Assembly (NCBI GenBank): GCA_015233245.1
Contig: JADFYB010000001.1
Span: forward strand, 23,386-87,385
Direction of reading: 5' to 3'
DNA length: 64,000 nt
Source: Nitrospirota bacterium
GTDB taxonomy: Bacteria; Nitrospirota; Thermodesulfovibrionia; Thermodesulfovibrionales; Magnetobacteriaceae
Made by a program: the position numbers and the translations under genes. Below the pieces are notes generated by a model, which ran no database searches, had not been told where the DNA came from, and was given only the letters and a program-made list of their open reading frames with translations. Below are positions 36,127-46,096 of the stretch, piece after piece (positions within the stretch are counted from its first letter, which is position 1; every line of letters starts with the position of its first letter).

Positions 36127-37602
36127 CTAAGACTGTGAGCTTATGAAAATCTTGATAATTTCGCTATGCTCAGTTGAAAGCTCTATAAATTCCATACCGA
36201 TAAGAGAGTGGTCGTATTTGCGCTGAATGGTTCTTGAAAGGGCGTGTATGTTTTCGAGAGTTCTGTTTAGGAGCCGGAAAGTTACATAGAAATCCTTATT
36301 GAATTGGAATTCCTTGTCCGGTGAAGTTTGAATTCTGATAAAGCACCCTTTAAGGCTTATATTTAAAATTACGGCCTCATAAGTTGAAATAGTGGCAAGC
36401 TCCAGCACCTTTGCAGGAATTGTGACCTGCACTCTTAGTTGCTTGCGCTTTGCGACCTTTGGGCGTTTAAACGCACCGTATCCCCATAGCTGGAATCGGT
36501 TTATCACAACTTTTACCCTTGAGGGGGGAACTATGGTTTTTACGGCATATTCGTCCAGCGATGTATCTCTCTTAATTGCTACTGTTGGCACTGTGTTATT
36601 TTGCCTGAGGACTGTGTAGGCAATGGGAGCGTTTATCCGCTCTCCTCTTTGTGTGACAATTGCCGTTTCATTATTTGCCAGCTGCACATAGGTGCCGGGA
36701 GGATAAATGCCGAGGTTTTTTATAAAAACAGCGGAAATATCGGAATCAAGGCTGTCGTTTTTATTTAGGAACAACTCTTTTAGCGCAACCGTGGGAAGCA
36801 TTGGCTGTCGGTAATACCTGCCGGAAACTCTGGCACAGTAGATGTCAGCCAGCGCCACTATTCTTGATACCTCAGCTATCGCCTTGTCTTTAAGCTTTGA
36901 GGGATAGCCGGTACCGTCAAGCATCTCATGGTGCTGAAGCACGGCTGTAAGCCACATGTCATCTGTAACGCCATGCCGTTTCAAGAGCTTAACGCCATCT
37001 AACGGGTGTTTGTTTATCTCCTCTTTCTGAAAGGGTGACAGCGCCTCCTCCTGAAAGTGGAGTCTTTCCTGAAGTTCTACCATCGCAATATTCATAGTTA
37101 AAGCAGCACATATCAGAGATGTACGACTCTCCTGACTCCAACCCATTTTCTTGGCCACTATTTCGCACACTATGGCTGTGTGGATGGGATGCTTGACCGT
37201 GTATCGGGACTCATGTTCAAGCATAATGGTACCAAGGGCTAAGTCCTCATCAATAGAGCAGACATCCTGTACAATTTGGGCTGAATTGCGGATTTTCTTC
37301 TGAAGCTCTCTTTCTCTTTTTAGGTTTTCAAATAATCCATCTATTTTTATGTTAAGAAGGTCAAGGTTTTCAAATGGTAAGTCAGAGTCAACTATCTTCT
37401 CTATGTCTATATCTTCGTCTTCTTCAAGTACAGCGTCATCTCCCTCTGGATCTATCACAAGTGCGCGGGAGATTTTGGCAACATCCTTTTCGGTCATGAC
37501 ATAACCACGCCCAAGCATTAATTGGCCGTTTTCATCGTAAATCGGCTTCTCAAGGGGTTTACCTACCATAGCCCCTGATATCCTGAGTACTCGCATCTTC
37601 AT
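36127..37602 (-). CDS. HD-GYP domain c-di-GMP phosphodiesterase fused to a C-terminal PilZ domain
   Basis: The central HD domain carries HHEMLDGTGYP (the HD-GYP signature). The C-terminus carries RKQLR (RxxxR) and NISLKG (D/NxSxxG). Confidence 0.9.
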   Translation of the reverse strand: MKMRVLRISGAMVGKPLEKPIYDENGQLMLGRGYVMTEKDVAKISRALVIDPEGDDAVLEEDEDIDIEKIVDSDLPFENLDLLNIKIDGLFENLKRERELQKKIRNSAQIVQDVCSIDEDLALGTIMLEHESRYTVKHPIHTAIVCEIVAKKMGWSQESRTSLICAALTMNIAMVELQERLHFQEEALSPFQKEEINKHPLDGVKLLKRHGVTDDMWLTAVLQHHEMLDGTGYPSKLKDKAIAEVSRIVALADIYCARVSGRYYRQPMLPTVALKELFLNKNDSLDSDISAVFIKNLGIYPPGTYVQLANNETAIVTQRGERINAPIAYTVLRQNNTVPTVAIKRDTSLDEYAVKTIVPPSRVKVVINRFQLWGYGAFKRPKVAKRKQLRVQVTIPAKVLELATISTYEAVILNISLKGCFIRIQTSPDKEFQFNKDFYVTFRLLNRTLENIHALSRTIQRKYDHSLIGMEFIELSTEHSEIIKIFISSQS

Positions 37603-37747
37603 CGCTTCAATACCACCACCATGAAATATATCATTGATTATGTGTTTTTATCAACAGTTATAGTTTAGACAAAATTTGTTGCCGGCTGGCGTGAAAAATT
37701 GTATCTTTGCAACTTCAAAGCATCCTGTGTTACCATACTGCAAGAAT

Positions 37748-38683
37748 ATGCCGGAAATTAAAAATGAAGCCGTAGCGGGGATTTTGAGAGAACTTTCAAA
37801 GTATCTTCAGGGTAAGGAAAGTGCTTTAAAATTGTCTCTGATATCTTTTTTTTCACGCGGACATCTTCTCATTGAGGATATGCCTGGGCTTGGTAAAACC
37901 ACGCTGGCTATCGGCATAGCGCGGGCGCTAGGGCTTACATTTGGCAGAATTCAGTGCACAAGCGATCTTCTGCCAACTGACATAACGGGCCTTTCTGTTT
38001 TTAACAAGTCCAAAGGGGAATTTGAATTTCGTAAGGGGCCGATTTTCAGCAACATTGTCCTCGTTGATGAGATAAACAGGGCTACCCCTAAGACCCAAAG
38101 CGCCCTCCTTGAGGCTATGGGGGAAAAACAGGTGACTATTGAAGAGACCACGTTCAAACTTGCCAGACCCTTTTTTGTCGTAGCCACTCAGAATCCGGTT
38201 GAACACTACGGAACTTTTCCCTTGCCTGAATCTCAACTGGACAGGTTTATGATGAAAATTGGTATCGGTTATCCGCACAGGACTGCCGAGATGGATATTA
38301 TTAGGGGAGGCAGCAGACGTGAGGAATTGTACTCATTAGAGCCATTTTTAACCAGTGAAGAGTGTGTCAATATTCAGGACAGCATACGTAAGAACGTTTA
38401 TATATCGGAAAAAATTCTTGATTATTCATTAAATATAATAGAAGCAACACGAACCAGCAAATATCTTACAGCCGGAGTATCCACCCGCGGTGCACTGGCC
38501 TTAGCCAACACAGCCAGGGCACATGCCTTCTTTAACAGCAGAGACTACGTTATCCCTGAGGATATAAAAGCACTGGCGGAGTTTACCATCCCACACAGGG
38601 TGCTCTTTAAGGAGGAGCTTGATACAGATAGCAAAAGGGAGATAATAAGATCGCTCTTAGAAAAAATCCCCACCCCTCTATAA
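37748..38683 (+). CDS. MoxR-family AAA+ ATPase
   Basis: Walker A is GLGKTTLA, and Walker B plus sensor is LVDEINRATPKTQSALLEAM. I prefer the ATG at 37748 because the track start at 37676 is a TTG. Confidence 0.9.
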   Translation: MPEIKNEAVAGILRELSKYLQGKESALKLSLISFFSRGHLLIEDMPGLGKTTLAIGIARALGLTFGRIQCTSDLLPTDITGLSVFNKSKGEFEFRKGPIFSNIVLVDEINRATPKTQSALLEAMGEKQVTIEETTFKLARPFFVVATQNPVEHYGTFPLPESQLDRFMMKIGIGYPHRTAEMDIIRGGSRREELYSLEPFLTSEECVNIQDSIRKNVYISEKILDYSLNIIEATRTSKYLTAGVSTRGALALANTARAHAFFNSRDYVIPEDIKALAEFTIPHRVLFKEELDTDSKREIIRSLLEKIPTPL

Positions 38684-38792
38684 TAATACCAAGTGGCAGT
38701 CAGAGTATAACAAGGCGGCAAGGAGAAAGCGACGGAGGCGTACTTTTACAGGGGATTCCCCTTCAGGGGAGACGTTGAGGAGCTTTTGACGC

Positions 38793-39701
38793 ATGCCAAC
38801 AAAGTTAGACGATAGAATGCAGCATGGTATAAAGGTTAATAAAGCCGGTACCATATACATTGTACTGTCAATACTTATCGGCGTTTCAGCCACCAACACG
38901 GGTAACAATCTCATATACCTTATAACTGCTGCGATTTTAAGTTTTATGGCCATCTCCGGAGCGTTTGGTAGAAAAAATATCTCTACGCTTCAGGTCATGA
39001 TTGAGTTTCCTGATGATTTGTATGCTAACAGGGAGTTTCCGCTGCGTGTAACGCTGATTAATCAAAAAACATATCAGCCAGCTTCTCTTGTAAGGGTAAG
39101 AGTCAGCGGTAACGAAATTCTGTTTCCATACGTTGCGCCAAACGCTAAAGAACAAAAAACAGTGCAGATGCAGTCTCCACAAAGAGGGCTTATAACCATT
39201 GACTCCGTAGAGGTTTCCTCGGTTTACCCCTTTAACCTGTTTACCAGATACCGTCAATTAAACACTAAAACCGATATAGTAGTCTATCCTGAACCCCTCA
39301 AGTGCAGCATCTCCGTGGCAGGTGAAAAAACAAGACTTTCCAAGGGCGAGAGTTCCTCAGACAGAACAGGGTATGATTCAGACCTAATCTCTGTGCGGGA
39401 TTACGTGCCAGGTGATCCACTTAAATACGTTCACTGGAAAGCAACGGCACGCACAGGCAAACTTAAGACTAAGGAACTGTCCTCATTGACGTTTCAACCG
39501 GTTGTAATTGATTTTGAAAATTTTCCGTCCGAATCGTTAGAAACCAAGATTTCCGGTATAACTTACTTAATAGTTGAATTATCCAAAAATAAAACACCCG
39601 TTGGACTTAAAACTAAAGGTAAGTTTTTTAAGCCGGACACCTCAACTGTCTCAAGGCGCACCATACTCAAACACCTTGCCCTGATGCCCAAAACAGATTA
39701 A
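38793..39701 (+). CDS. DUF58 domain protein (MoxR-associated)
   Basis: 302 aa with two N-terminal TM helices. The DUF58 signature is RDYVPGDPLKYVHWKATAR. It lies immediately downstream of moxR. Confidence 0.85.
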   Translation: MPTKLDDRMQHGIKVNKAGTIYIVLSILIGVSATNTGNNLIYLITAAILSFMAISGAFGRKNISTLQVMIEFPDDLYANREFPLRVTLINQKTYQPASLVRVRVSGNEILFPYVAPNAKEQKTVQMQSPQRGLITIDSVEVSSVYPFNLFTRYRQLNTKTDIVVYPEPLKCSISVAGEKTRLSKGESSSDRTGYDSDLISVRDYVPGDPLKYVHWKATARTGKLKTKELSSLTFQPVVIDFENFPSESLETKISGITYLIVELSKNKTPVGLKTKGKFFKPDTSTVSRRTILKHLALMPKTD

Positions 39702-40393
39702 TGTCTGATAGCGTAAAAGTACCATTTTAAATACTTAGGAAGCCATTGTATTATCTTAAAACGTGACTGTCCCTTTTCTCTGTCTTTCCAAGTGGTTGGA
39801 ACCTCGGTGATTTTATATCCCGATGTATAAGCCTTTGCTATTATTTCAAGCCCAATCTCAAACCCTCCGTCGCTTTGTATTTCAAATGTCTCAAGCATTG
39901 TGCTCCGGTAGAGTTTAAAACTGTTTGTAGCATCGTAGGTTGGAACTCCGGCAAGCAGTTTAAGCGTAAGCCCTGCCGTGCGTGACATTGTCTTTTTTAT
40001 TATGCCGCCACCTAGTTGCTTACCCCCCTTGCAATACCTGCTGCCGCAGACAAGATCAAACCCCTCATCCATCAGGCTGCACATTTTATCAACATCACCG
40101 TAGTCGTCAGACATGTCTGCCATTGTAACAAGTTTATAATCACCAATGGCAGTTTTTAATCCCCATTTGATTGCCTCACAGGCCCCTTTTTTTGGGTTTT
40201 TCAAGAGCTCTACAGATGCCCCGTTTTCCTTTAGCGCTTTTACCAATGGCACCGTGTTATCATCGTCATTGTCATACACAATGTATATGACATGAGGGGT
40301 TTTAACCGTATTTTCTATCACCGAAATTGTAGCAGATATGTTTTCCGCCTCATTAAAGACAGGTATGATTATGGCAAGTTTATTTTTTGTCAT
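39698..40393 (-). CDS. GT2-family glycosyltransferase, polyprenyl-phosphate sugar synthase-like (DPM1/ArnC/GtrB type)
   Basis: 231 aa with AIIIPVFNEAENI, YDNDDDNT and an ADMSDD acidic motif. Confidence 0.8.
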   Translation of the reverse strand: MTKNKLAIIIPVFNEAENISATISVIENTVKTPHVIYIVYDNDDDNTVPLVKALKENGASVELLKNPKKGACEAIKWGLKTAIGDYKLVTMADMSDDYGDVDKMCSLMDEGFDLVCGSRYCKGGKQLGGGIIKKTMSRTAGLTLKLLAGVPTYDATNSFKLYRSTMLETFEIQSDGGFEIGLEIIAKAYTSGYKITEVPTTWKDREKGQSRFKIIQWLPKYLKWYFYAIRH

Positions 40394-40416
40394 TTTGATA
40401 ATTAATGTAACTTAAA

Positions 40417-41436
40417 CTAAATTCCACCTATCTTTATCTGTTCGGCTATCCACGGGATTACCTCATCAAGCGATTCACTGAGAGTTGTTGTTGCCTCAAA
40501 CCCTAAGATCCGCTTTGCCTTTTCAACATTTGGTACGCGCTTTTGTACGTCGTACTGAAAGGGTTTATCTGATACGTATCGAAATGGTTTTCCAGCGTTT
40601 ATTTTATTCCAGATCATTTCAGCCAATTCAATTACTGTGGTTGACTGAGCTGTGGATATGTTAAAGTCATCGTTTATGGATTTTTCACTTTCTATACACA
40701 TGCGGATTCCTCTTGTAAGATCTCCGGCATAGGTGTAGTGGCGGATTTGATTGCCGCCTCCCAATATATGAAGTGGGTCTTGTCCTTTCAGCACCTTTTG
40801 CACAATGTCCGGGACAACGTGGCTCATGGCAAGTTTCACGTTACCGGAGAGAATCTCCCTCTCCACTTTTGCTCTCTTTTCTCCAATACCAACGGCATTG
40901 AACGGCCTTATTATCGTATAGGGCAACCCGTATTGTTCGTGCGCTCCCTTAGCGAAGTACTCACAGGCAAGTTTCTGAAACCCGTATGTGGAAAGAGGCG
41001 GAGGACATTTTAGCTGCTCTCCCTCAGGGGTTGGGTATGTGCTTGTGCTTTCAAAAACCATAGAGGAGGAAAGAACATTTATCTTTTTCAACTTCTTGTT
41101 TTTAAATGCCCAGAGAGCCGCATCAAAGGATGCCGCTGTGATTCTTTCGTTTTCAGCTATCAGATCATACGCAAGCTCGTGAAACATTGATATGCCGCCA
41201 ATGATTGCAGCAATTGCTGCCATTTGGTCACAATCCGATATTAACTCCTTAAGCAAATCCACATTTTTAACATCGCCCTCAACAAAGCTGTACGATGGGT
41301 TAGTGTCATAACTTTTTTCCACTTTGCCGTATTTAGAGTAGTTGTCAATTCCAACAACCTCATGTCCGCAATTAAGCAGCTCTTCTACCAGATAGCCTCC
41401 GACAAATCCGGCTGACCCTGTTACTAGTATCTTCAT
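40417..41436 (-). CDS. NAD-dependent nucleotide-sugar epimerase/dehydratase (SDR family)
   Basis: KILVTGSAGFVGGYL is the Rossmann GxxGxxG. The catalytic YxxxK is YGFQK. Confidence 0.85.
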   Translation of the reverse strand: MKILVTGSAGFVGGYLVEELLNCGHEVVGIDNYSKYGKVEKSYDTNPSYSFVEGDVKNVDLLKELISDCDQMAAIAAIIGGISMFHELAYDLIAENERITAASFDAALWAFKNKKLKKINVLSSSMVFESTSTYPTPEGEQLKCPPPLSTYGFQKLACEYFAKGAHEQYGLPYTIIRPFNAVGIGEKRAKVEREILSGNVKLAMSHVVPDIVQKVLKGQDPLHILGGGNQIRHYTYAGDLTRGIRMCIESEKSINDDFNISTAQSTTVIELAEMIWNKINAGKPFRYVSDKPFQYDVQKRVPNVEKAKRILGFEATTTLSESLDEVIPWIAEQIKIGGI

Positions 41437-41438
41437 AA

Positions 41439-42635
41439 TTAGAAATATCCCCCTTCACCAAAAAAATTCCAGATGTCCACCAGCACCTTTGATGTTTTGT
41501 CAATTTTGAGCCCCTTGTAGTTGCTGTGAGGAGCGCCCAGTATCAGAATATCAGAAGCCTCAATACATTCGCTTAACGGTACAAGTCTGTCATCTATGAC
41601 ATATGGGTCAGTGCAGAGCACTTCTTTTGCCTCAAACTCAAGGATTTTTTTAAGTTTATATGAAAGTGACTCCCTCTCATCGTCTATATCGCCCTTAAAG
41701 GCCATTCCGATGATTCCCACCCGCTTTTCCTTAAGATTATACTTGTCTTTCAGGCGGCCAATGATGAAATTAGGCAGTCCCTCGTTAATGAGCATAGCGG
41801 CATGGCCAAGGAAAAAATTATTGTTACTGAAGGCGGCAAGCTGCATGGTGTCTTTAAAAAGACACGGGCCTGCAGCAAATCCAGCCTTGGCAAATCCTGC
41901 CATCCTTGGGTAATGGTGTACTGCCGCATTATATACCTTATAGAAATCAACATCGTTTTGTGTAGCCACCTGGTAAAACTGGTTTGAAATAGAAAAAAGA
42001 ATGTAACGCCACACGTTTGTAAAGAGCTTAGTTAACTCCGCTTCAAGAGGACTCAGCCGTATGATGTCTGTGGTGAGGGCGTTAAAAAATTCGCTTGCCT
42101 CATTAAATGATTTATCATCAAAGGCTCCTATTATCTGTGGCAGACTGCTTAGCTCCTCCATGGCTTTACCCTCTGCGATTCTTTCCGGACAGAAGGTCAG
42201 TGAGATGTGCTTGCCGTGTGACTGTAAAAAATCCCGGATTCTCTCCGTAGTTCCAGGATACACGGTGCTTCTTAGTATAATGTGGTGAGTGTCTGAGATA
42301 TTATCCATAAGAGATAAAAACAGCTTTTTGAAAATTGTAAATTGCGGGTTCAAATGCTCATCCACCGGAGTGCCTATAACAATAACGACAAACTTACACA
42401 GACGGATATCGGTGTTATTATTTGAAATGAACAGAGTCTTGTTCAGCACCTCTTTGAGGGCACTCTCAGCGCCTGATTCCATAAACGGTACCTTGCCGCT
42501 TGAGACAGTTTTAATTGCCTCAGGGTTTATATCTATGAGTAGGACACGTTTGCCAGCCTTTGCCATAGTTATACCCATAGGCAGCCCAATGTGCCCTAAT
42601 CCGCCAACTATGCAGAGATCGTACAACACTTCCAT
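41439..42635 (-). CDS. Nucleotide-sugar dehydrogenase (UDP-glucose/GDP-mannose dehydrogenase family)
   Basis: The N-terminal CIVGGLGHIGLP is a Rossmann motif, and the catalytic Cys block is GFAAGPCLFKDT. I prefer the ATG at 42635, which has an AAGGAGG RBS 7 nt upstream, over the track start at 42707. Confidence 0.85.
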   Translation of the reverse strand: MEVLYDLCIVGGLGHIGLPMGITMAKAGKRVLLIDINPEAIKTVSSGKVPFMESGAESALKEVLNKTLFISNNNTDIRLCKFVVIVIGTPVDEHLNPQFTIFKKLFLSLMDNISDTHHIILRSTVYPGTTERIRDFLQSHGKHISLTFCPERIAEGKAMEELSSLPQIIGAFDDKSFNEASEFFNALTTDIIRLSPLEAELTKLFTNVWRYILFSISNQFYQVATQNDVDFYKVYNAAVHHYPRMAGFAKAGFAAGPCLFKDTMQLAAFSNNNFFLGHAAMLINEGLPNFIIGRLKDKYNLKEKRVGIIGMAFKGDIDDERESLSYKLKKILEFEAKEVLCTDPYVIDDRLVPLSECIEASDILILGAPHSNYKGLKIDKTSKVLVDIWNFFGEGGYF

Positions 42636-42756
42636 GTCAACGCCTCCTTGTTTATAATTTATGCTGTAACTCCGGACGTTGTAACTGTGCAACACGTATG
42701 TTAACAAAACAACTCATCGCTGTCAATAACAAATCACATCCCAAAATCCGCAGCAC

Positions 42757-44394
42757 TTATAACTTAAACTTGTCCCGTAACACGTCAAAAACTATAATCA
42801 TACTGTCTTCGTAAACCGGTTTACCAAACAAGTCGGTGTAAGTTTTAATCCACGGCGTAACATCTACGTACTCTACGGGATATCCTATCTCGTTTTTAAG
42901 ATCTTTATGAAACACTACATATTTTACTTTTGAGGGTAATGATTTATACATGCTTACATGATAAAAATGCCTGAAGGCAATTAGTTTTTTTAGTACAGGG
43001 AGCTCACCCGATCGTGTCCACTTAAAGAGAGCGCCCACAAACCCTATCATAACGTATTGGCCGTGTATGCGCTGATAATTGGTATATTTAGTGTTATAGC
43101 TCCATTCATAGTACCATGGAACCTCTAAGATAGTTATGCTGCCTTTAGGAAAGCTTGCCAAATCATAATAAAATTTGGAGACTTTTTCGGGATGTAAACT
43201 GTACTCCGGGTTCGTACCATCATAATAAGCCTGAAATTTAGGATGATTTGTCCAGTTATTAGGAAAATAGTAAATGTTTTTTAATGGATTAAAAAAAACA
43301 AACAAAGCAAAAACCGCAAAGGAAAGCATATATGGCCCCCCCCTGGATTTTGTAATATTTTCGATAAAACCGTAAAAAGCGACAAGCCCTGCAGAAAGTA
43401 ATAAGATAAAAAAAGGCTGCAAAGATAAGCAGTATCTTGCAAGCACCATTGGTATCGAAATACAGCTGGAATTGGAAAAAACACTGAAAACTACCTGTAG
43501 AACAAACAGAATAGACAGATATAGCAGGAACTTTTTGGGAATTTTAAAAATTGACAATATTCCTGCAATTATTAACATTAGAGCAATATAGAGCATTCGG
43601 TAATTATAGACCCCTATGAATAACTTAAATGTTTCGTAAATAGTATTAAGCGATACCCTGTCATGCCCTAATTTCCCACTAAGATCACTCATTCCTACTA
43701 CTACAGGCAATGATAACAATATGCCCTGGCCTGCTAAAACAATAAAAAACAATTTAATTATTTCTTTAACTGGAATGTCATTTCTATATATCAATTTATC
43801 TCCCACCAAAATACACAATGGAGCAAGCAAAACAGGCAAAACCGTAAGGTGAAAATATGGGCCAATAATGGCGCAAACAATGTACGTCCATAACCATCGT
43901 TTGTCCCTGCCGCCGTGCAGCCACTTATAGAAAGCGATAAGACCTAAAAAAGAAAAAAACACGACAATAACATAAGGCCTTGCATATCGGCTGTAGAAGA
44001 TATGTATAGGAGATATTGCTAAAAAAAGGGCAAAAATATTTCCAACCCTGCGGTTTATAAGATTGCGTACAACAAGAGGAAAAACAACAAGTGAGATAAT
44101 GCCAAAAAACAACACCGGAGTGCGCACAACCATTTCAGAAAGAAAAAAGTTTTCAGCCATAAATTTATAATACGCAGTTAGAGGGATGCAGTAGTCACAG
44201 AATCCGAAATGAGAGAATATATGCCTGTAACTAAACGTAAAGATGGCATGAATTCCGTGCCATTCGTCATCGGCAATGATTTGGTCAGTTATCGTGTATA
44301 AACGAAGGAAACATCCTGCAACAACAGCAAGTATCAAAAGGTATTCCCGTTTTAAGAAAGAAACAATTCCGCTATTGAGCTTATCTATAGACAT
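42757..44394 (-). CDS. GT-C-fold membrane glycosyltransferase (ArnT/PMT-like)
   Basis: 545 aa with about 12 TM helices. The first-loop acidic motif is IADDEWHG, and a soluble C-terminal domain follows. It heads the GT-C / dehydrogenase / epimerase / GT2 cassette. Confidence 0.6.
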   Translation of the reverse strand: MSIDKLNSGIVSFLKREYLLILAVVAGCFLRLYTITDQIIADDEWHGIHAIFTFSYRHIFSHFGFCDYCIPLTAYYKFMAENFFLSEMVVRTPVLFFGIISLVVFPLVVRNLINRRVGNIFALFLAISPIHIFYSRYARPYVIVVFFSFLGLIAFYKWLHGGRDKRWLWTYIVCAIIGPYFHLTVLPVLLAPLCILVGDKLIYRNDIPVKEIIKLFFIVLAGQGILLSLPVVVGMSDLSGKLGHDRVSLNTIYETFKLFIGVYNYRMLYIALMLIIAGILSIFKIPKKFLLYLSILFVLQVVFSVFSNSSCISIPMVLARYCLSLQPFFILLLSAGLVAFYGFIENITKSRGGPYMLSFAVFALFVFFNPLKNIYYFPNNWTNHPKFQAYYDGTNPEYSLHPEKVSKFYYDLASFPKGSITILEVPWYYEWSYNTKYTNYQRIHGQYVMIGFVGALFKWTRSGELPVLKKLIAFRHFYHVSMYKSLPSKVKYVVFHKDLKNEIGYPVEYVDVTPWIKTYTDLFGKPVYEDSMIIVFDVLRDKFKL

Positions 44395-44431
44395 ATTGAG
44401 ACAATCTTAAAAGCCTCCGGAAAAACTATCA

Positions 44432-45964
44432 TCAATGCACAGACCTGTCAAGGGCTCTGTACTGAATAGCCTCCGAGACGTGGTGGGCTTTTATTTCCGA
44501 TGAGGCGTCAAGGTCGGCAATTGTCCGTGAGAGCTTTATGATTCTTGAGTATGCTCTGGCGGAAAGTGCAAGGCGTTGCATGGCCATGTCAAGAAGCTCT
44601 GTGGCAGAGTCGTTAAGGGAGCAGTATCTTTTTATGTGGCGGGTTTTCATTTGGGCATTAGAAAATATCTTGTCGTGCGCAAACCGCTCTAACTGAATCT
44701 TTCTGGCCTCAGTTATGCGTTTTCTGATTTGCTCAGATTTCTCACCCGAATAGTTAGATGATAAGTCTTTATACGGCACAGCCGGTACCTCAATGTGTAT
44801 ATCAAATCTGTCCAGAAGGGGCCCTGATATTCTTGCTCTGTACTTATGAATTTGAGGTGGTGAGCACGAACAGGCATGGCGGGAGTCTCCGAATCTGCCG
44901 CAAGGACATGGGTTCATAGAGGCCACAAGCATAAATCGGGCAGGCAGATTAATTGTGGAGGCTACGCGGGAGACGGTTATCTCGCCATCCTCCATGGGCT
45001 GGCGCAGGGCCTCAATAACGTTTCTTTTAAACTCCGGCAGCTCATCCAGAAACAACACGCCGTGATGAGACAGTGAGACCTCACCGGGGCGGGGAATATG
45101 GCCGCCTCCAATCAGTGCGGCATCAGATATTGTGTGATGCGGGGAGCGAAACGGCCTGGTTGCTATTAGGGGATGTTTATCTCTCAGAAGCCCGGCCACA
45201 CTGTAGATTTGTGTTGCCTCAATTACCTCGGTAACTGTCATTGGCGGCAAAATCGAGGGAATTCTTCGAGCGAGCATGGTTTTACCAGAGCCGGGAGGCC
45301 CCATCATTATGATGTTATGGCCGCCTGAGGCCGCCACCTCAAGCGCACGCTTAGCGTGTTCCTGACCCTTTACGTCCTGAAAGTCCTCTTCATACAAAAA
45401 GCCACTATTGTCCATTTCCGCTAAATCCACAGCCGGATGGCTTGAAAGTTCCTGACCGTTTAAGAAATCCATAACTCCGCTAAGACTCTTCATCCCATAA
45501 ACCGACACACCATCAACAATTGCCGCCTCATGTGCATTTTCCGCAGGCAGAATCACACCCTTATAGTGTAACTCCTTAGCCTTTATTGAAACCGACAAAC
45601 TCCCCTTTACGGGTTTTATGCTGCCATCAAGTGAAAGCTCTCCGGTCAGGATATAATCATTGAGTTTTTCTGCGGGGATTGCACCCTCGGCTGCCATAAT
45701 ACCAATAGCAATAGCAAGATCGAACGAGGCGCCCTCTTTTTTTAAATCGGCAGGAGCTAGGTTAACCGTGATTCTCTTAAGTGGAAACGAAAACCCAATA
45801 TTTTTAAGAGCTGCCCTGACGCGTTCCTTACTTTCTTTAACTGCCATATCGGGAAGCCCTACAATAGAAAAAGCAGGCATACCTTTTGGTACTATATCAA
45901 CCTCAACCTCTACAATAAAGGCATCTATCCCTATAACTGTACTGCTGATTATCTTTGACAACAT
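44432..45964 (-). CDS. comM: YifB/ComM-family Mg-chelatase-like AAA+ ATPase
   Basis: The N-terminal Lon-protease-like fold reads SSTVIGIDAFIVEVEVDI...ITVNLAPADLKKEGASFDLAIAIGI. Walker A is GPPGSGKT, followed by LFLDELPEF. I prefer the ATG at 45964. Confidence 0.9.
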   Translation of the reverse strand: MLSKIISSTVIGIDAFIVEVEVDIVPKGMPAFSIVGLPDMAVKESKERVRAALKNIGFSFPLKRITVNLAPADLKKEGASFDLAIAIGIMAAEGAIPAEKLNDYILTGELSLDGSIKPVKGSLSVSIKAKELHYKGVILPAENAHEAAIVDGVSVYGMKSLSGVMDFLNGQELSSHPAVDLAEMDNSGFLYEEDFQDVKGQEHAKRALEVAASGGHNIIMMGPPGSGKTMLARRIPSILPPMTVTEVIEATQIYSVAGLLRDKHPLIATRPFRSPHHTISDAALIGGGHIPRPGEVSLSHHGVLFLDELPEFKRNVIEALRQPMEDGEITVSRVASTINLPARFMLVASMNPCPCGRFGDSRHACSCSPPQIHKYRARISGPLLDRFDIHIEVPAVPYKDLSSNYSGEKSEQIRKRITEARKIQLERFAHDKIFSNAQMKTRHIKRYCSLNDSATELLDMAMQRLALSARAYSRIIKLSRTIADLDASSEIKAHHVSEAIQYRALDRSVH

Positions 45965-46096
45965 TGTGGCATAATTATATAGATAGTATGGTATAAAATT
46001 CAAGGGGTCGGTGACCCAAGGCAACAAAACATGGCTGTATTGCTTTACTCTTCTCTATGTTACATTAACCTTTACAGATTCACCTTCGCTTACCTA

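Noticed and set aside
38740-38775. AGGGGATTCCCCTTCAGGGGA, overlapping short palindromes between moxR and the DUF58 gene, considered as a terminator or attenuator.
   Set aside because: The stems are only 5-6 bp with 1-2-nt loops and no T-tract follows. The two genes are a conserved functional pair that is normally co-transcribed.
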